This document shows, piece by piece, positions 8,632-19,200 of a stretch of DNA of 64,000 nucleotides. Under the pieces are notes generated by a model. That model was not told where the DNA came from. It made no database searches and saw only the letters and a program-made list of their open reading frames with translations. Made by a program: the position numbers and the translations under genes. Origin of the DNA: an uncultured bacterium (GTDB lineage: Bacteria > Bacteroidota > Bacteroidia > Chitinophagales > CAIODY01); contig CAIODY010000034.1 in assembly GCA_903857255.1 (NCBI GenBank), positions 8,127 to 72,126 on the forward strand, given 5' to 3'. Positions within the stretch are counted from its first letter, which is position 1. The number at the start of each line of letters is the position of its first letter.

Positions 8632-9912
8632 TTATTTTTGTAAATCACTTATTGAACGCCCTAAGAAAGTTTGAATACAACGGAATCCAATATAACATTT
8701 TGCAGTATCTTGAAATTCGTATTCACGAACACCGCATTGCAATTTGTAGCCAATATCTTTCCATGAACCGCCACGAATTACTTTGCGTTTCATGGCATTT
8801 TTATCATCATCTTTTGCAACATAGCTGATAGCTGATTCTAAATCGTGAGTGAAGGCGTAAGCATTTTCAAAATAAATATCTTCACACCATTCCGAAACAT
8901 TTCCAGCCATATTATACAAACCAAAATCATTAGGAAAATAGGCATCGGCTTTTACTGTGTAAACGCCACCATCTTCCAAATAGTTTCCTCTCATTGGTTT
9001 GAAATTAGCCAAAATACAACCTTTTGCATTTCTTAAATAAGGACCACCCCATGGGTATGGTGAGTTATCATGTCCACCACGAGCTGCATATTCCCATTCC
9101 GATTCATAAGGCAAACGGAAATCATCACCGCTCATTTTGTTATTCAAACGGTCGAAATCACTCATGAATCTTGTGCGCCAAATAGTAAATGCTTTTGCTT
9201 GTTTCCAATTTACGCCCACAACTGGATAATTATCAAATGCTGGATGACTAAAATAATTTCTTGTTAAAGGTTCATTATAAGCGTAAGTGTAATCATGAAT
9301 CCAACACATAGTGTCAGGATAAATATTTATGATTTCATTTTTCAAAAACTGATTTCTTGGTTTTTGACGATTTTCTTTTTTAGCCGCTTCTCTCCAATCA
9401 ATCCAAACGAAGTCATAATTCAATTTACCTGGGTCAACAGCTTTTTGCCCCCAATAACTATTTTCAGGTGTGTATAATAAATCAGCTAACTTATCTTTAT
9501 TATCTTCCAAATTCCAATCAATTTCTTTTTCCCAATTAATTCTTTCATGTTCACCACCTGGGTCTAACAAATAGTCATCCCCCAATAATTTATGAGCTAT
9601 CGAATCACGAACCCAATAAGCAAATTGGCGATATTCATTGTTAGTAATTTCAGTATTATCCATGAAAAAACCTTGTACAGTAATAGAACGTGGGCGTTGA
9701 ACCAATGTTCCGTTTACATCTTGGTCGCTGGGTCCAACATGCAATGTACCTGAATGCACATAAACCATTCCGTAAGGAATTTCAAGAGAATATTCAGGTC
9801 GGTCTAATACACCAAGCAACTGACCATTGTAACCTGAATGACCGCAACCAGCGGCGATTACACCAAAAATTGCGATAGCAATAAACAAACAATTTTTAAA
9901 TAATTTTTTCAT
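8632..9912 (-). CDS. gldK: Gliding motility / T9SS lipoprotein GldK (PorK), FGE-sulfatase fold
   Basis: Lipoprotein signal ...AAGC. Motifs VNWKQAKAF and RGGSW are typical of the formylglycine-generating-enzyme fold. Synteny. Confidence 0.9.
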   Translation of the reverse strand: MKKLFKNCLFIAIAIFGVIAAGCGHSGYNGQLLGVLDRPEYSLEIPYGMVYVHSGTLHVGPSDQDVNGTLVQRPRSITVQGFFMDNTEITNNEYRQFAYWVRDSIAHKLLGDDYLLDPGGEHERINWEKEIDWNLEDNKDKLADLLYTPENSYWGQKAVDPGKLNYDFVWIDWREAAKKENRQKPRNQFLKNEIINIYPDTMCWIHDYTYAYNEPLTRNYFSHPAFDNYPVVGVNWKQAKAFTIWRTRFMSDFDRLNNKMSGDDFRLPYESEWEYAARGGHDNSPYPWGGPYLRNAKGCILANFKPMRGNYLEDGGVYTVKADAYFPNDFGLYNMAGNVSEWCEDIYFENAYAFTHDLESAISYVAKDDDKNAMKRKVIRGGSWKDIGYKLQCGVREYEFQDTAKCYIGFRCIQTFLGRSISDLQK

Positions 9913-10121
9913 TATTAATGTTTAGGTTGTTAATTCTCGTCCACCCTTACAATTTGTTATAAGGGAGACAAAAGTAAACAGATAATTCAAATTTCCAAAT
10001 ACGCCGTGTATTGTATTTCAACACACTAAATAAACAACGAATTTAAAACTGAACAACTTTTTCTTTGAGTTTATACTGATAAAGATAAAAAAAGTTTCAG
10101 AAAATTGAAAAAAAAATTTTG

Positions 10122-11111
10122 TTACAAAAATCTTGGGTTGTAAACAATCTTGCCACGAGGTGGCGGTGGCGGTGGAATTAAGCGATAATGTAAGCCAATT
10201 TCATTGGAGCCAATTGAGGTATGATGTAAAGTTGAGATTGTTAAATCGTAAGAATAAACTGCAAATAATTCAGGTTTGATTTGATAACCGATGGTGAAAA
10301 TAATGGCATCGGCAGTTGTTCCAGAAAAACCTCGAAATCCTAAACCGCCTGTTATCATGCGTTTGTAAACGGCTAAGAAATTAAGGTCGAGTGTAGTTTT
10401 TGTTAAGTCAGATTTGAACAAAATGTTTGGCGAAATTTTCCAATTGTTGTTAATTTCTCTATTATACTGTGCTTGCAAATAAATTGTTGGCGGATATTTT
10501 ATTTGCCCCGAACCATTGCCTGTTGAGAACTTCAAAGGCACGGGTAATAAATGTTGCACTGCCAATCCAACAAAAAATTTATCAGTAATCAAACTTGTTC
10601 CAATACCTAAATCAGGTGCAAATGAATTCACTGTACCTGTTGGTAAGTCAGGGTCGTTGTGATTAATACTACCATCATCATAGCTGCCATCCGAAGCTCG
10701 AAGTTTATCGCCAAAAATACTGTATTGCAATAAACCTAATTGCACACCAGCATTCAAATAACCAAAACTGAATTTCTTTTTATAGGCATATTGCAGTTGC
10801 AAATCAGTGGAGCGATGTGCTGCTGCATAATCATTCACCAATGAAATTCCTACGCCACCTTTTAATTTCTCATCAGGCAATTGTGCATAAAACGATTGCG
10901 AAAATGGTTGCCCATTGAACAAGGTATATTGACTGCGAAATGAGCCGCCAGCAGCCAATCCATTATAGCTTCCCGCAAAAGATGGATTCCAAACAAACGA
11001 TAAAAATGGAGATTGAGAAAACTGTGCATCTTCTTGCGCTTGAATATTTTTCACATTTAAAAATGCGAAAAACAAACAAAACAAAACACCATATTTTATT
11101 TTAAAATTCAT
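10122..11111 (-). CDS. PorP/SprF family T9SS membrane protein
   Basis: Signal peptide followed by QEDAQFSQSPFLSFVWNPSFAG (the PorP/SprF N-terminal signature). Lies directly upstream of gldK. Unusual C-terminal PPPPPP tract. Confidence 0.85.
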   Translation of the reverse strand: MNFKIKYGVLFCLFFAFLNVKNIQAQEDAQFSQSPFLSFVWNPSFAGSYNGLAAGGSFRSQYTLFNGQPFSQSFYAQLPDEKLKGGVGISLVNDYAAAHRSTDLQLQYAYKKKFSFGYLNAGVQLGLLQYSIFGDKLRASDGSYDDGSINHNDPDLPTGTVNSFAPDLGIGTSLITDKFFVGLAVQHLLPVPLKFSTGNGSGQIKYPPTIYLQAQYNREINNNWKISPNILFKSDLTKTTLDLNFLAVYKRMITGGLGFRGFSGTTADAIIFTIGYQIKPELFAVYSYDLTISTLHHTSIGSNEIGLHYRLIPPPPPPRGKIVYNPRFL

Positions 11112-11153
11112 TCAAAAAATCGAGCAACAAACGTAATCAGTTTTTAGCATAAC

Positions 11154-11194
11154 GCAAAAAAAGCCGAATACTTATAATGTTAAGCATTCGGCTT
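11154..11194 (-). terminator. Rho-independent terminator after hppD
   Basis: aagccgaat (11161-11169) pairs with attcggctt (11186-11194). A T-run follows on the minus strand. Confidence 0.65.
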
Positions 11195-11218
11195 TTTCAA
11201 AATCATTTAAAATGAAAA

Positions 11219-12355
11219 TTATAAATTTCCTCTCAATGCTTGTTCACGTTCGATGGATTCAAACAAAGCCTTGAAGTTGCCTTTACCAAAGGATTGTGCG
11301 CCTTTGCGTTGAATAATTTCGAAAAACATCGTTGGTCTATCTTGCACAGGTTTTGTGAAAATTTGCAACAAATATCCTTCGTCATCACGGTCAACCAAGA
11401 TGCCTAATTTTTTTAGTGGCGCAATTTCTTCATCAATTTTTCCTACACGTGCAGTTAGTTCTTCATAATAAGAATCAGGTACTGATAAAAATTCAACTCC
11501 TCTGGAAGTCAGTTCTGTAACGGTTTTCACGATGTCGTGTGTTGCCACTGCAATGTGCTGTACGCCTTGACCTTGATAAAAATCTAAGTATTCTTCAATC
11601 TGCGATTTCTTTTTTCCTTCGGCTGGTTCGTTAATTGGAAACTTGATGAAACCATTGCCATTACTCATTACTTTGCTCATCAATGCGGAATATTCTGTTG
11701 AAATATCATTGTCATCAAACGATAATAAATTGTAAAAGCCCATTACATTTTCATAAAAACTTACCCAAGTATTCATTTCATTCCAACCCACATTACCGAC
11801 ACAATGGTCAACGTACAACAAGCCAACATCATTGGTTTTGAGTTTGTTTTCCCATTTTTTAAAACCTGGTAAAAAATCGCCTTTATAATTTTTTCGTTCA
11901 ACAAAAATGTGAACGGTATCGCCATACAAATGAATACCGCTGCGTTTCACTTCACCCATTTCATCTTTTTCAATCGTCGGTTCCATAAAAGATTTTGCAC
12001 CACGTTTCACAGTTTCGTTGTATGCTTGCTCGGCATCATCCACCCACAAAGCCAATACACGAACGCCATCGCCATGTTTGCGATGATGTTCAGCAATATA
12101 ACTTTCAGAGTTTAATGCTGATGTAAGCACCAATCGAATTTTGCCTTGTTGCAAAACATAACTGCAACGGTCTCTTAAACCTGTTTCCAAACCTGCATAA
12201 GCAACGGGTTGAAAGCCGAAAGCATTTTGATAATACAAAGCCGATTGTTTTGCATTACCAACATATAATTCAATATAATCAGTGCCGTTGATGGGTAAAA
12301 AGTCCGCAGCTGTATTGGCATTCGGACGAGATGAATAAGCTGTTGCTGTTGACAT
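11219..12355 (-). CDS. hppD: 4-hydroxyphenylpyruvate dioxygenase
   Basis: Two VOC-type repeats; GVQHIA and FFEIIQR motifs; about 378 aa. Confidence 0.9.
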   Translation of the reverse strand: MSTATAYSSRPNANTAADFLPINGTDYIELYVGNAKQSALYYQNAFGFQPVAYAGLETGLRDRCSYVLQQGKIRLVLTSALNSESYIAEHHRKHGDGVRVLALWVDDAEQAYNETVKRGAKSFMEPTIEKDEMGEVKRSGIHLYGDTVHIFVERKNYKGDFLPGFKKWENKLKTNDVGLLYVDHCVGNVGWNEMNTWVSFYENVMGFYNLLSFDDNDISTEYSALMSKVMSNGNGFIKFPINEPAEGKKKSQIEEYLDFYQGQGVQHIAVATHDIVKTVTELTSRGVEFLSVPDSYYEELTARVGKIDEEIAPLKKLGILVDRDDEGYLLQIFTKPVQDRPTMFFEIIQRKGAQSFGKGNFKALFESIEREQALRGNL

Positions 12356-12399
12356 AAAAATTATTTTTGAGTTTAAATCTTTTACAAAATTACGAAGAA

Positions 12400-13245
12400 T
12401 TAATAATCGCCCAACGTTTCGGGCAATTGTGCTAAGGCATTTGCCAATTGCTCATCATTTGGTGCAATGCCATGCCACGAATGGTCGTGCATCATAAAAT
12501 CGACACCAAAGCCCATGGTTGTTTTCATCAAAATCATTTGCGGTTTGCCATCGCCCACATTTTCTTTACAGCGTTCCAAAGTGCTTACAACATCGAACAT
12601 ATCATTGCCATTCATCTGAACAACGCTCCAGCCAAAGGCTTTGAACTTGGCTTCCAAATCGCCATTCGCCATTACCTTTTCAGTTGGTCCATCAATTTGT
12701 TGCAAATTCCAATCAACAATCGAAATTAAATTATCCAATTTATGATGTGCTGCAAACTGCGCTGATTCCCAAATCTGACCTTCCTGCAATTCGCCATCGC
12801 CGTGCAAACTAAAAACTAAGTTTTTGTCGCCATTCATTCGTTTGCTGAAAGCTGCTCCACAAGCCACACTCATACCTTGCCCCAAAGAACCCGATGCAAT
12901 GCGGATGCCCGGCAAATGGTCGTGAGTAGTTGGATGCCCTTGCAATCGAGTATTCAATTTTCGGAAAGTGCTCAATTCTTTCACTGGAAAATAACCAGCA
13001 CGAGCCAAAATGCTGTACATCACTGGAGAAATATGTCCGTTGCTTAAAAAGAAAACGTCTTCATTTTTTCCTTCCATTTTAAAATCTGGATTATGCTGCA
13101 TTACCCTAAAATAAAGGGCTGTAAGCACATCAGCACAACCTAATGAACCACCAGGATGACCACTTTTTGCACCATGAACCTGACGTAAAATATCTCTTCT
13201 TACTTGACTTGCTGTTTTTTCTAATTGAGCTATATCTGGTGACAT
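12400..13245 (-). CDS. Transketolase, N-terminal (TPP-binding) subunit of a split enzyme
   Basis: Motifs SGHPGGSLG and HGDGELQEG; 281 aa. No C-terminal subunit is adjacent. Confidence 0.85.
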   Translation of the reverse strand: MSPDIAQLEKTASQVRRDILRQVHGAKSGHPGGSLGCADVLTALYFRVMQHNPDFKMEGKNEDVFFLSNGHISPVMYSILARAGYFPVKELSTFRKLNTRLQGHPTTHDHLPGIRIASGSLGQGMSVACGAAFSKRMNGDKNLVFSLHGDGELQEGQIWESAQFAAHHKLDNLISIVDWNLQQIDGPTEKVMANGDLEAKFKAFGWSVVQMNGNDMFDVVSTLERCKENVGDGKPQMILMKTTMGFGVDFMMHDHSWHGIAPNDEQLANALAQLPETLGDY

Positions 13246-13315
13246 AATTTTTTATTTGAGATTGCAAATGAACGTATGTTTTGATAAAATCTTCGATGAA
13301 CTTTTCAACGAATGT

Positions 13316-14806
13316 TTATAGCACACTCCAACTCACCGAACCATCTTTTTCATCTTTTAATTGAATGCCTTTTTCTGCTAATTGATTTCTGATTAAATCG
13401 CTGGTGGCAAAATCTCTTTTTGCTTTTGCTTCTTTTCGCAAATTGATTAACACCTGCAAAGCTTCATCCAGCTTATTGTTGGCGGCAGTTGTATTTTCAT
13501 TTTTCAAACCAAAAATATCAAATAAATAGTCGTGTAAATTTTTTTTCAACGAATCAATCCCAGCCTGACTTATTTCTGATGACTTGATTTGTCCGCCTTT
13601 CAATGAATTTACAATCGAAGAAAGTTCAAACAAATTCGCAATCGTTTTTGCCGTATTGAAATCATCATCCATGAAGTCTTTACAACCAATTACTAAATTT
13701 TCAATCTTCAAATCCCAATCTGTTTTGTTTGAATTCCTAATTCCTAATTCATAATTCTTAATTTCTTCCTCCGCTTCCATCAAGTATTTCAAGCCCTTTT
13801 CAGCATCTTGCAATCCTTTTACATTAATGTCCAATTCAGAGGAATAATGCGATTGCAAAAATAAAAACTTCAACACACTCGGCGCATAACCTTTATCCAA
13901 CAATGGATGATTGCCTGTTACAAATTCCATTGGCAAAATAGAATTACCCAAACTCTTACTCATTTTTTGTCCGTTGAAATTGAGCATGTTGGTATGTAAC
14001 CAATACTTTGCTCCACCGTGATTGCAGCTACCTGTGTTTTGTGCAATCTCACATTCGTGATGCGGAAATTTCAAATCCATTCCACCACCATGAATGTCAA
14101 ATTGTTCGCCCAAATATTTTGTACTCATCGCCGAACATTCTAAATGCCAACCCGGAAAACCCTTTCCCCATGGGCTGTTCCACTGCATGATGTGTTCTGG
14201 TGATGCTTTTTTCCAAAGTGCAAAATCAATCGAATTTCTTTTTTCTTCTTGTCCGTCCAAATCGCGATAACCAGCCATCAACTCATCAATATTTCTTCCG
14301 GATAGAGTGCCATAGCCGTGTTCAGCGTTATATTTTTTTACATCAAAATAAATCGAACCATTCACTTCATAAGCAAAACCATTTTTCAAAAGCGTTTCAA
14401 TCATCTCAATTTGCTCAATGATATGACCTGTAGCGGTTGGTTCTATTGTTGGAGGAATCGTGTTGAAAGCATCCATGATGCGATGAAAACTCACTGTATA
14501 TTTCTGAACAATTTCCATTGGTTCCAAACTTTCTAACTTCGCTTGCGATTCCATTCTGTTCACCCCTTCGCCCCGTTCATTGGTCAAATGCCCAGCATCA
14601 GTGATGTTGCGGACATAACGCACTTTGTACCCCGAATAAGTGAGATAACGATAAATCATATCAAACGAACAAAATGTTCGCAAATTTCCAACATGCGGTT
14701 CGCTGTAAACAGTTGGTCCGCAAACATACATGCCCACGTGTGGCGGATGTAGCGGTTCAAATTTTTCTTTTATTCGGGTAAGTGTATTGTAAATATGGAG
14801 CGACAT
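13316..14806 (-). CDS. cysS: Cysteine--tRNA ligase
   Basis: HIGH-type motif (PHVGN), KMSKS motif and CGPTVY. Confidence 0.95.
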   Translation of the reverse strand: MSLHIYNTLTRIKEKFEPLHPPHVGMYVCGPTVYSEPHVGNLRTFCSFDMIYRYLTYSGYKVRYVRNITDAGHLTNERGEGVNRMESQAKLESLEPMEIVQKYTVSFHRIMDAFNTIPPTIEPTATGHIIEQIEMIETLLKNGFAYEVNGSIYFDVKKYNAEHGYGTLSGRNIDELMAGYRDLDGQEEKRNSIDFALWKKASPEHIMQWNSPWGKGFPGWHLECSAMSTKYLGEQFDIHGGGMDLKFPHHECEIAQNTGSCNHGGAKYWLHTNMLNFNGQKMSKSLGNSILPMEFVTGNHPLLDKGYAPSVLKFLFLQSHYSSELDINVKGLQDAEKGLKYLMEAEEEIKNYELGIRNSNKTDWDLKIENLVIGCKDFMDDDFNTAKTIANLFELSSIVNSLKGGQIKSSEISQAGIDSLKKNLHDYLFDIFGLKNENTTAANNKLDEALQVLINLRKEAKAKRDFATSDLIRNQLAEKGIQLKDEKDGSVSWSVL

Positions 14807-15243
14807 TATTGATTGTTCAAATAATTTTGAATGAATTGTTTGGGTGTAAGAATGGGAATTTTCGAGTGCTTAAAATCTTTTGTATTTCGAGTTACGATGC
14901 AATCAGCACCATAGTGAAATGCTGAATAATAGTGCATTGCATCTTCCCAATCAAAAAAATTGGAAGCCAAAGCTTCATCAACAATTTTTTGGTTGGATGG
15001 CGTAATTTGAACAAACGTTAATGCTTTTATCAATGCTTGTTTGGCTTGATTTTCAGAATATTCTTTTCGCAAAAAAGATTTTGCAAAAGCAAGTGTGGTA
15101 ATATTTGTGCAGACAATAATTTTATTGAAATCAATTAATGTAAACACTTCTTTTGCATGTTGCTTATCCAACGAATCACGATGTTTGCAAACGAAATCAA
15201 GAAACACATTTACATCCACATAAACTGTTTTGTATTTTATCAT
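14806..15243 (-). CDS. PIN-domain ribonuclease toxin (VapC-like)
   Basis: N-terminal acidic YVDVNVFLD, plus DWEDAMHY and IVTRNTKDF. 4-nt overlap with the upstream antitoxin ORF. Confidence 0.75.
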   Translation of the reverse strand: MIKYKTVYVDVNVFLDFVCKHRDSLDKQHAKEVFTLIDFNKIIVCTNITTLAFAKSFLRKEYSENQAKQALIKALTFVQITPSNQKIVDEALASNFFDWEDAMHYYSAFHYGADCIVTRNTKDFKHSKIPILTPKQFIQNYLNNQ

Positions 15244-15491
15244 CCATGCTTTTTTAACAGTTCTTGATAAATAATTTCATCATCAGATTCGGGCCAAGCA
15301 CCTAATGCTTCGCCGCTTATTTCTTGAACTCGAGGACTGATTTCAATTCTATCCACTTTCTCTTTTTTTTCTGTCAAAGAATTTAAAAAGTTTTGTACCA
15401 ACGCTGAAACGCTGGTGTGGTGCGTTTCGGCATATTGTTTTGCTTTTTTGATGACGTTTTTATCAAAACTTAAAGTTAGCTTTGCATTCAT
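15240..15491 (-). CDS. Antitoxin (DUF6364-like) of the PIN toxin
   Basis: 83 aa. LTLSFDKNVIKKAKQYAETHHTSVSALVQNFL is typical of small antitoxins paired with PIN genes. ATGA overlap with the toxin. Confidence 0.7.
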   Translation of the reverse strand: MNAKLTLSFDKNVIKKAKQYAETHHTSVSALVQNFLNSLTEKKEKVDRIEISPRVQEISGEALGAWPESDDEIIYQELLKKHG

Positions 15492-15553
15492 ACATTTCAG
15501 TTTATACGTACAAAGATACTTGTTTTACGTACAAATCCAAAACTTGAAAAATA

Positions 15554-16171
15554 TTGCCGCAACATCTCGAAATAAAAACGCTTGATTCGCATTTGATGGT
15601 TTGGAAAATCATTGAACCGATAAATTATTTTGAAGAAAAATTATCGAATTGGCAAAACGATTTTCATCAAATAAAAAGTGAAAAGCGAAAATTACAATTT
15701 GCTGCAAGCCGCTATGTGGCTGCATTACTCACCAATATTTTTGATGCTTCGCAATTTGCCAACGCTGAAGACCGAAGACCATTTATCAAAAACTCTGCAT
15801 TGCAAATTTCCATTTCGCACGATGAAAATTGGGTGGCAGTAATTGTGTCAAAAAACAAAGTGGGCATCGATATTTTTTGCCCCACCGAAAAAGTTTTTCG
15901 AGTGGCGCACAAATTTTTAAGCGATGAAGAAAAAACATTTTTGCAAAATTATTTTAGCAACGAAAATGAAAACCTAAAATGGTACAGCATGCTTTGGTGT
16001 GTGAAAGAAACAGTGTTTAAATGGATGAGAAAAGATGGCGTTGAATTTAAAGAAGATATGCTGCTGCAAAAAATTGAATCGGCTGAAATATGGATGAACA
16101 CTGCATTCTGCGGCGAAATAAAAGTGCAAACAAAATTTGAAAAAGAATTTTGTTTGAGTTGGTTAGCCTAA
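15554..16171 (+). CDS. 4'-phosphopantetheinyl transferase (Sfp type)
   Basis: Motifs ISISHDENWVAV, GIDI and WCVKETVFKW. TTG start as given in the track. Confidence 0.8.
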   Translation: MPQHLEIKTLDSHLMVWKIIEPINYFEEKLSNWQNDFHQIKSEKRKLQFAASRYVAALLTNIFDASQFANAEDRRPFIKNSALQISISHDENWVAVIVSKNKVGIDIFCPTEKVFRVAHKFLSDEEKTFLQNYFSNENENLKWYSMLWCVKETVFKWMRKDGVEFKEDMLLQKIESAEIWMNTAFCGEIKVQTKFEKEFCLSWLA

Positions 16172-16274
16172 CTAAAATTAGGTATAGCAGCATTTTTATT
16201 TTGACGCTTGTTAATTAATTCCTAAATTTGGAAACTATTCCATTTTTCAACGGCTCATAAATCCCATTTCACCC

Positions 16275-19200
16275 ATGAAACTGAACGCCGAAACCCTATC
16301 GTATTTTAATCAATCTACCCATTGCATCTGCATTTGCAAACAAGCAAAAAACAAAAATTTGGAAACCGAAATTCAGGTAGTTTATCTGAACGACAGATTT
16401 CGAGAACATTTTAAAATAGCAGCGTCTAAGCCTTTGTATGTAAAGCCGCAAGATTTTTTTCCTGAATTGCTAAATAATGATTTGATTCATTTGGTAAAAG
16501 AAGTTTTTGAAAATGGGCAAGCCAAAGAGTTTACAATCAAATCTGAAATACCGAAAGTAGGCGAACTTTTTTTAGATACACAATTGCTGAAGTTTCAGAA
16601 TTATGTTATCATCAAATTCAAGAACAATAAATCTTCTAAGCAAATTGAAAAGGAATTGCTCGATAAAGATTTGATGCTGAAGGATGCGTATAAGTTATTA
16701 AAAATGGGTTCGATGTCGATTGATTTGAAAACAAAAAAAATTTCAACATCACTCGATTTGAATGAATTACTTGAATTACCAGCAGAGAAAACTTATTTAA
16801 CCTATGATGAGTATTTAAACCTAATCTCACCCGATGACAGAAGCGAATCGGAAGCCAACCAAAAGATTATATTAAATGGCGGAACAGTAAATGTTGAGCG
16901 AAAAATAATTACCCCAAAAGGCAACATAAGATATTTGGAATCTGCTGCCAAAGCCATTTTTGAAGACGGAAAAGCTGTTAAAATAATTGGCACTATACGA
17001 GATATCACCAAACGAAAAGAAGAAGAAATTTTCATCAAAAAAACCGAAGAAAAATTAATTGAAAAATCAAAAATGTTGGGAGAGGCTCATCGCCTTTTAA
17101 ACATGACAACATTTAAAATTGATATGGCAACAGGTATCATGCATTCTGATTTTGATTTTCAAGAATTTTTTGAAATGACCAAAAGTGATGAGCCATTTAC
17201 CATCCCTACATTGATGAGTTTTTTCGATGCAAAAGACCAAGAAGAAATAAAAGCTAATGAACAACGAATATTAAATGGTGATGGTAATGTTTTTATTAAG
17301 GAGAAAAAAATTACTACTGCCAAAGGCAATATCAAATATGTTGAAATAGCAGACAGAGCAATATTTGAAGATGGAAAATGCGTTCATGTTGTCGGTACTT
17401 TTCGAGATATTACAAAGCGAAAAAAAGAAGAATTATTTTTGATGGAAGCTGAAAGGAAATTAATTGAAAATTCTAGACTAACTGATATCTCTCATGCTTA
17501 TCTGAAGATGGGAACTTATCACATTGATTTAGCAACAAAAACAATTTATTTTTCACAAAACCTTGCCAATGTTTTAGAGTTGCCAATTAGTCAAAACCAA
17601 ATTTCATTTCTCGATTATTTAAACTTAATTCATCCAGATGAAAAAACTGAAGCAGCCGAACGGCTAAAGAAAAATTTATTTGAACATACACCTTATACTT
17701 TAGAACGAAGGATGATAACTGGAAAAGGAAATGAAATTATTACTGAAATTACAGGTTATCCAATTATTGAGGATGGCAATTGCATTAAATTCATTGGCAC
17801 TTTAAGAGACATCACTCAAAAGAAAAAAGCAGAACAACTGCTGATTGATACGCAAAAAAAATTAGAACAGAGTTTACAGCAAACAGAACATGCACATAAG
17901 ATTTTGGACATGTGCACTTTTGTTACAGATTTGAAAACAGGCATCAATCATACCAATTATGACTTTTCCGTTGTTTATGAATTAAGCGAAAAGAAGCCAT
18001 ACTACACTATTCAAGACTACTATAAATATTTAAGTACCGAAGATAAAATTGCAGCAGCCGAAAATCTAAAAGAACTAGTAAACGAAGGAAAACCATTTTC
18101 ATCAGAAAGAAAAATTATTACTGAAAAAGGAAACATCAAATATATAGAACTAACAGGTCAACCTATTTATGAAGATGGAATTGTAACAAAATTTTTAGGC
18201 ACATTCCGAAATATTACTGAAAGAAAAGTAGCCGAATTGAAATTACAAGAAACAGAAAAAAAATTGAGCAGCACCTTAAAAATGCTGAATGAAGCTCATG
18301 AATTATTGGATATGGGCGCTTATACAGTTGATTTAATTACCAAAAAGGTTACATCCGAATTAGACATCAATGAATTGTATGATTTGCCAGAAGGCAATAC
18401 CGAATTCACACTGGATGATTACTTTAAATACATTCAAAAAGACGAGCAAAAAGAATCGGAAGAAACATTTGTTCGATTAATTGAGCATGGCACACCATTT
18501 ACAAAAGAACGTAGAATCACTACTGCTAAAGGAGTTGACAAGTATGTTGAAATAACTGGAAACCCTGTTTACGAAAACGGAAAGGTTACAAAAATTACTG
18601 GTACATTTAGAAATATCACTGCCAGAAAACATCAAGAGATTCATCTAATTAACACCGAAATAAAATTATTAGAGGCGCAAAGTTTATTACAGATGGGCAC
18701 TTTTGAAGTTGATTTAATCAATAAAAAAACAGAGCATTCGCTGGAACTGTGTGATATACTGGAGTTTGATGAACCAACAATGATTAATGATACAATTGAA
18801 TTTTTAAGCTATGTACATCCTGACGAACGACAAATAGCAGATGAACACATGAAAGCACTCATCACAGGCTGCACTGATGATTACAAGGTGGAGCGAAAAA
18901 TGCTAACAAAAAAAGGCAATGTTAAATACATGGAAGTGGTTTCAAGACCAATAATAATAAACGGAAGAGTAATGAAATTTGGCGGCACATTTAGAGATGT
19001 TACTGAAAAAAAATTGCAAGAAATTTGGATGGAAGAAAATCAGCAACGCTTGAAAGAAGCCAGCCTATTGCTTCGCAACGGCACTTTTTCATTGGATATG
19101 GAAACCAAATTAGTAACAGTTTCAGATGAAGTTTTAGAAATTGTAGATAACAAAATTCCAAAACAATTTTCCGCCACCGAATTTTTCAATTACTTACCTG

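Noticed and set aside
12400-13245. A transketolase N-terminal subunit without an adjacent C-terminal subunit, considered as a possible pseudogene or novel pairing.
   Set aside because: The ORF is intact with all TPP motifs. As far as I recall, split transketolase subunits can be encoded apart in Bacteroidota, and the partner probably lies outside the window.
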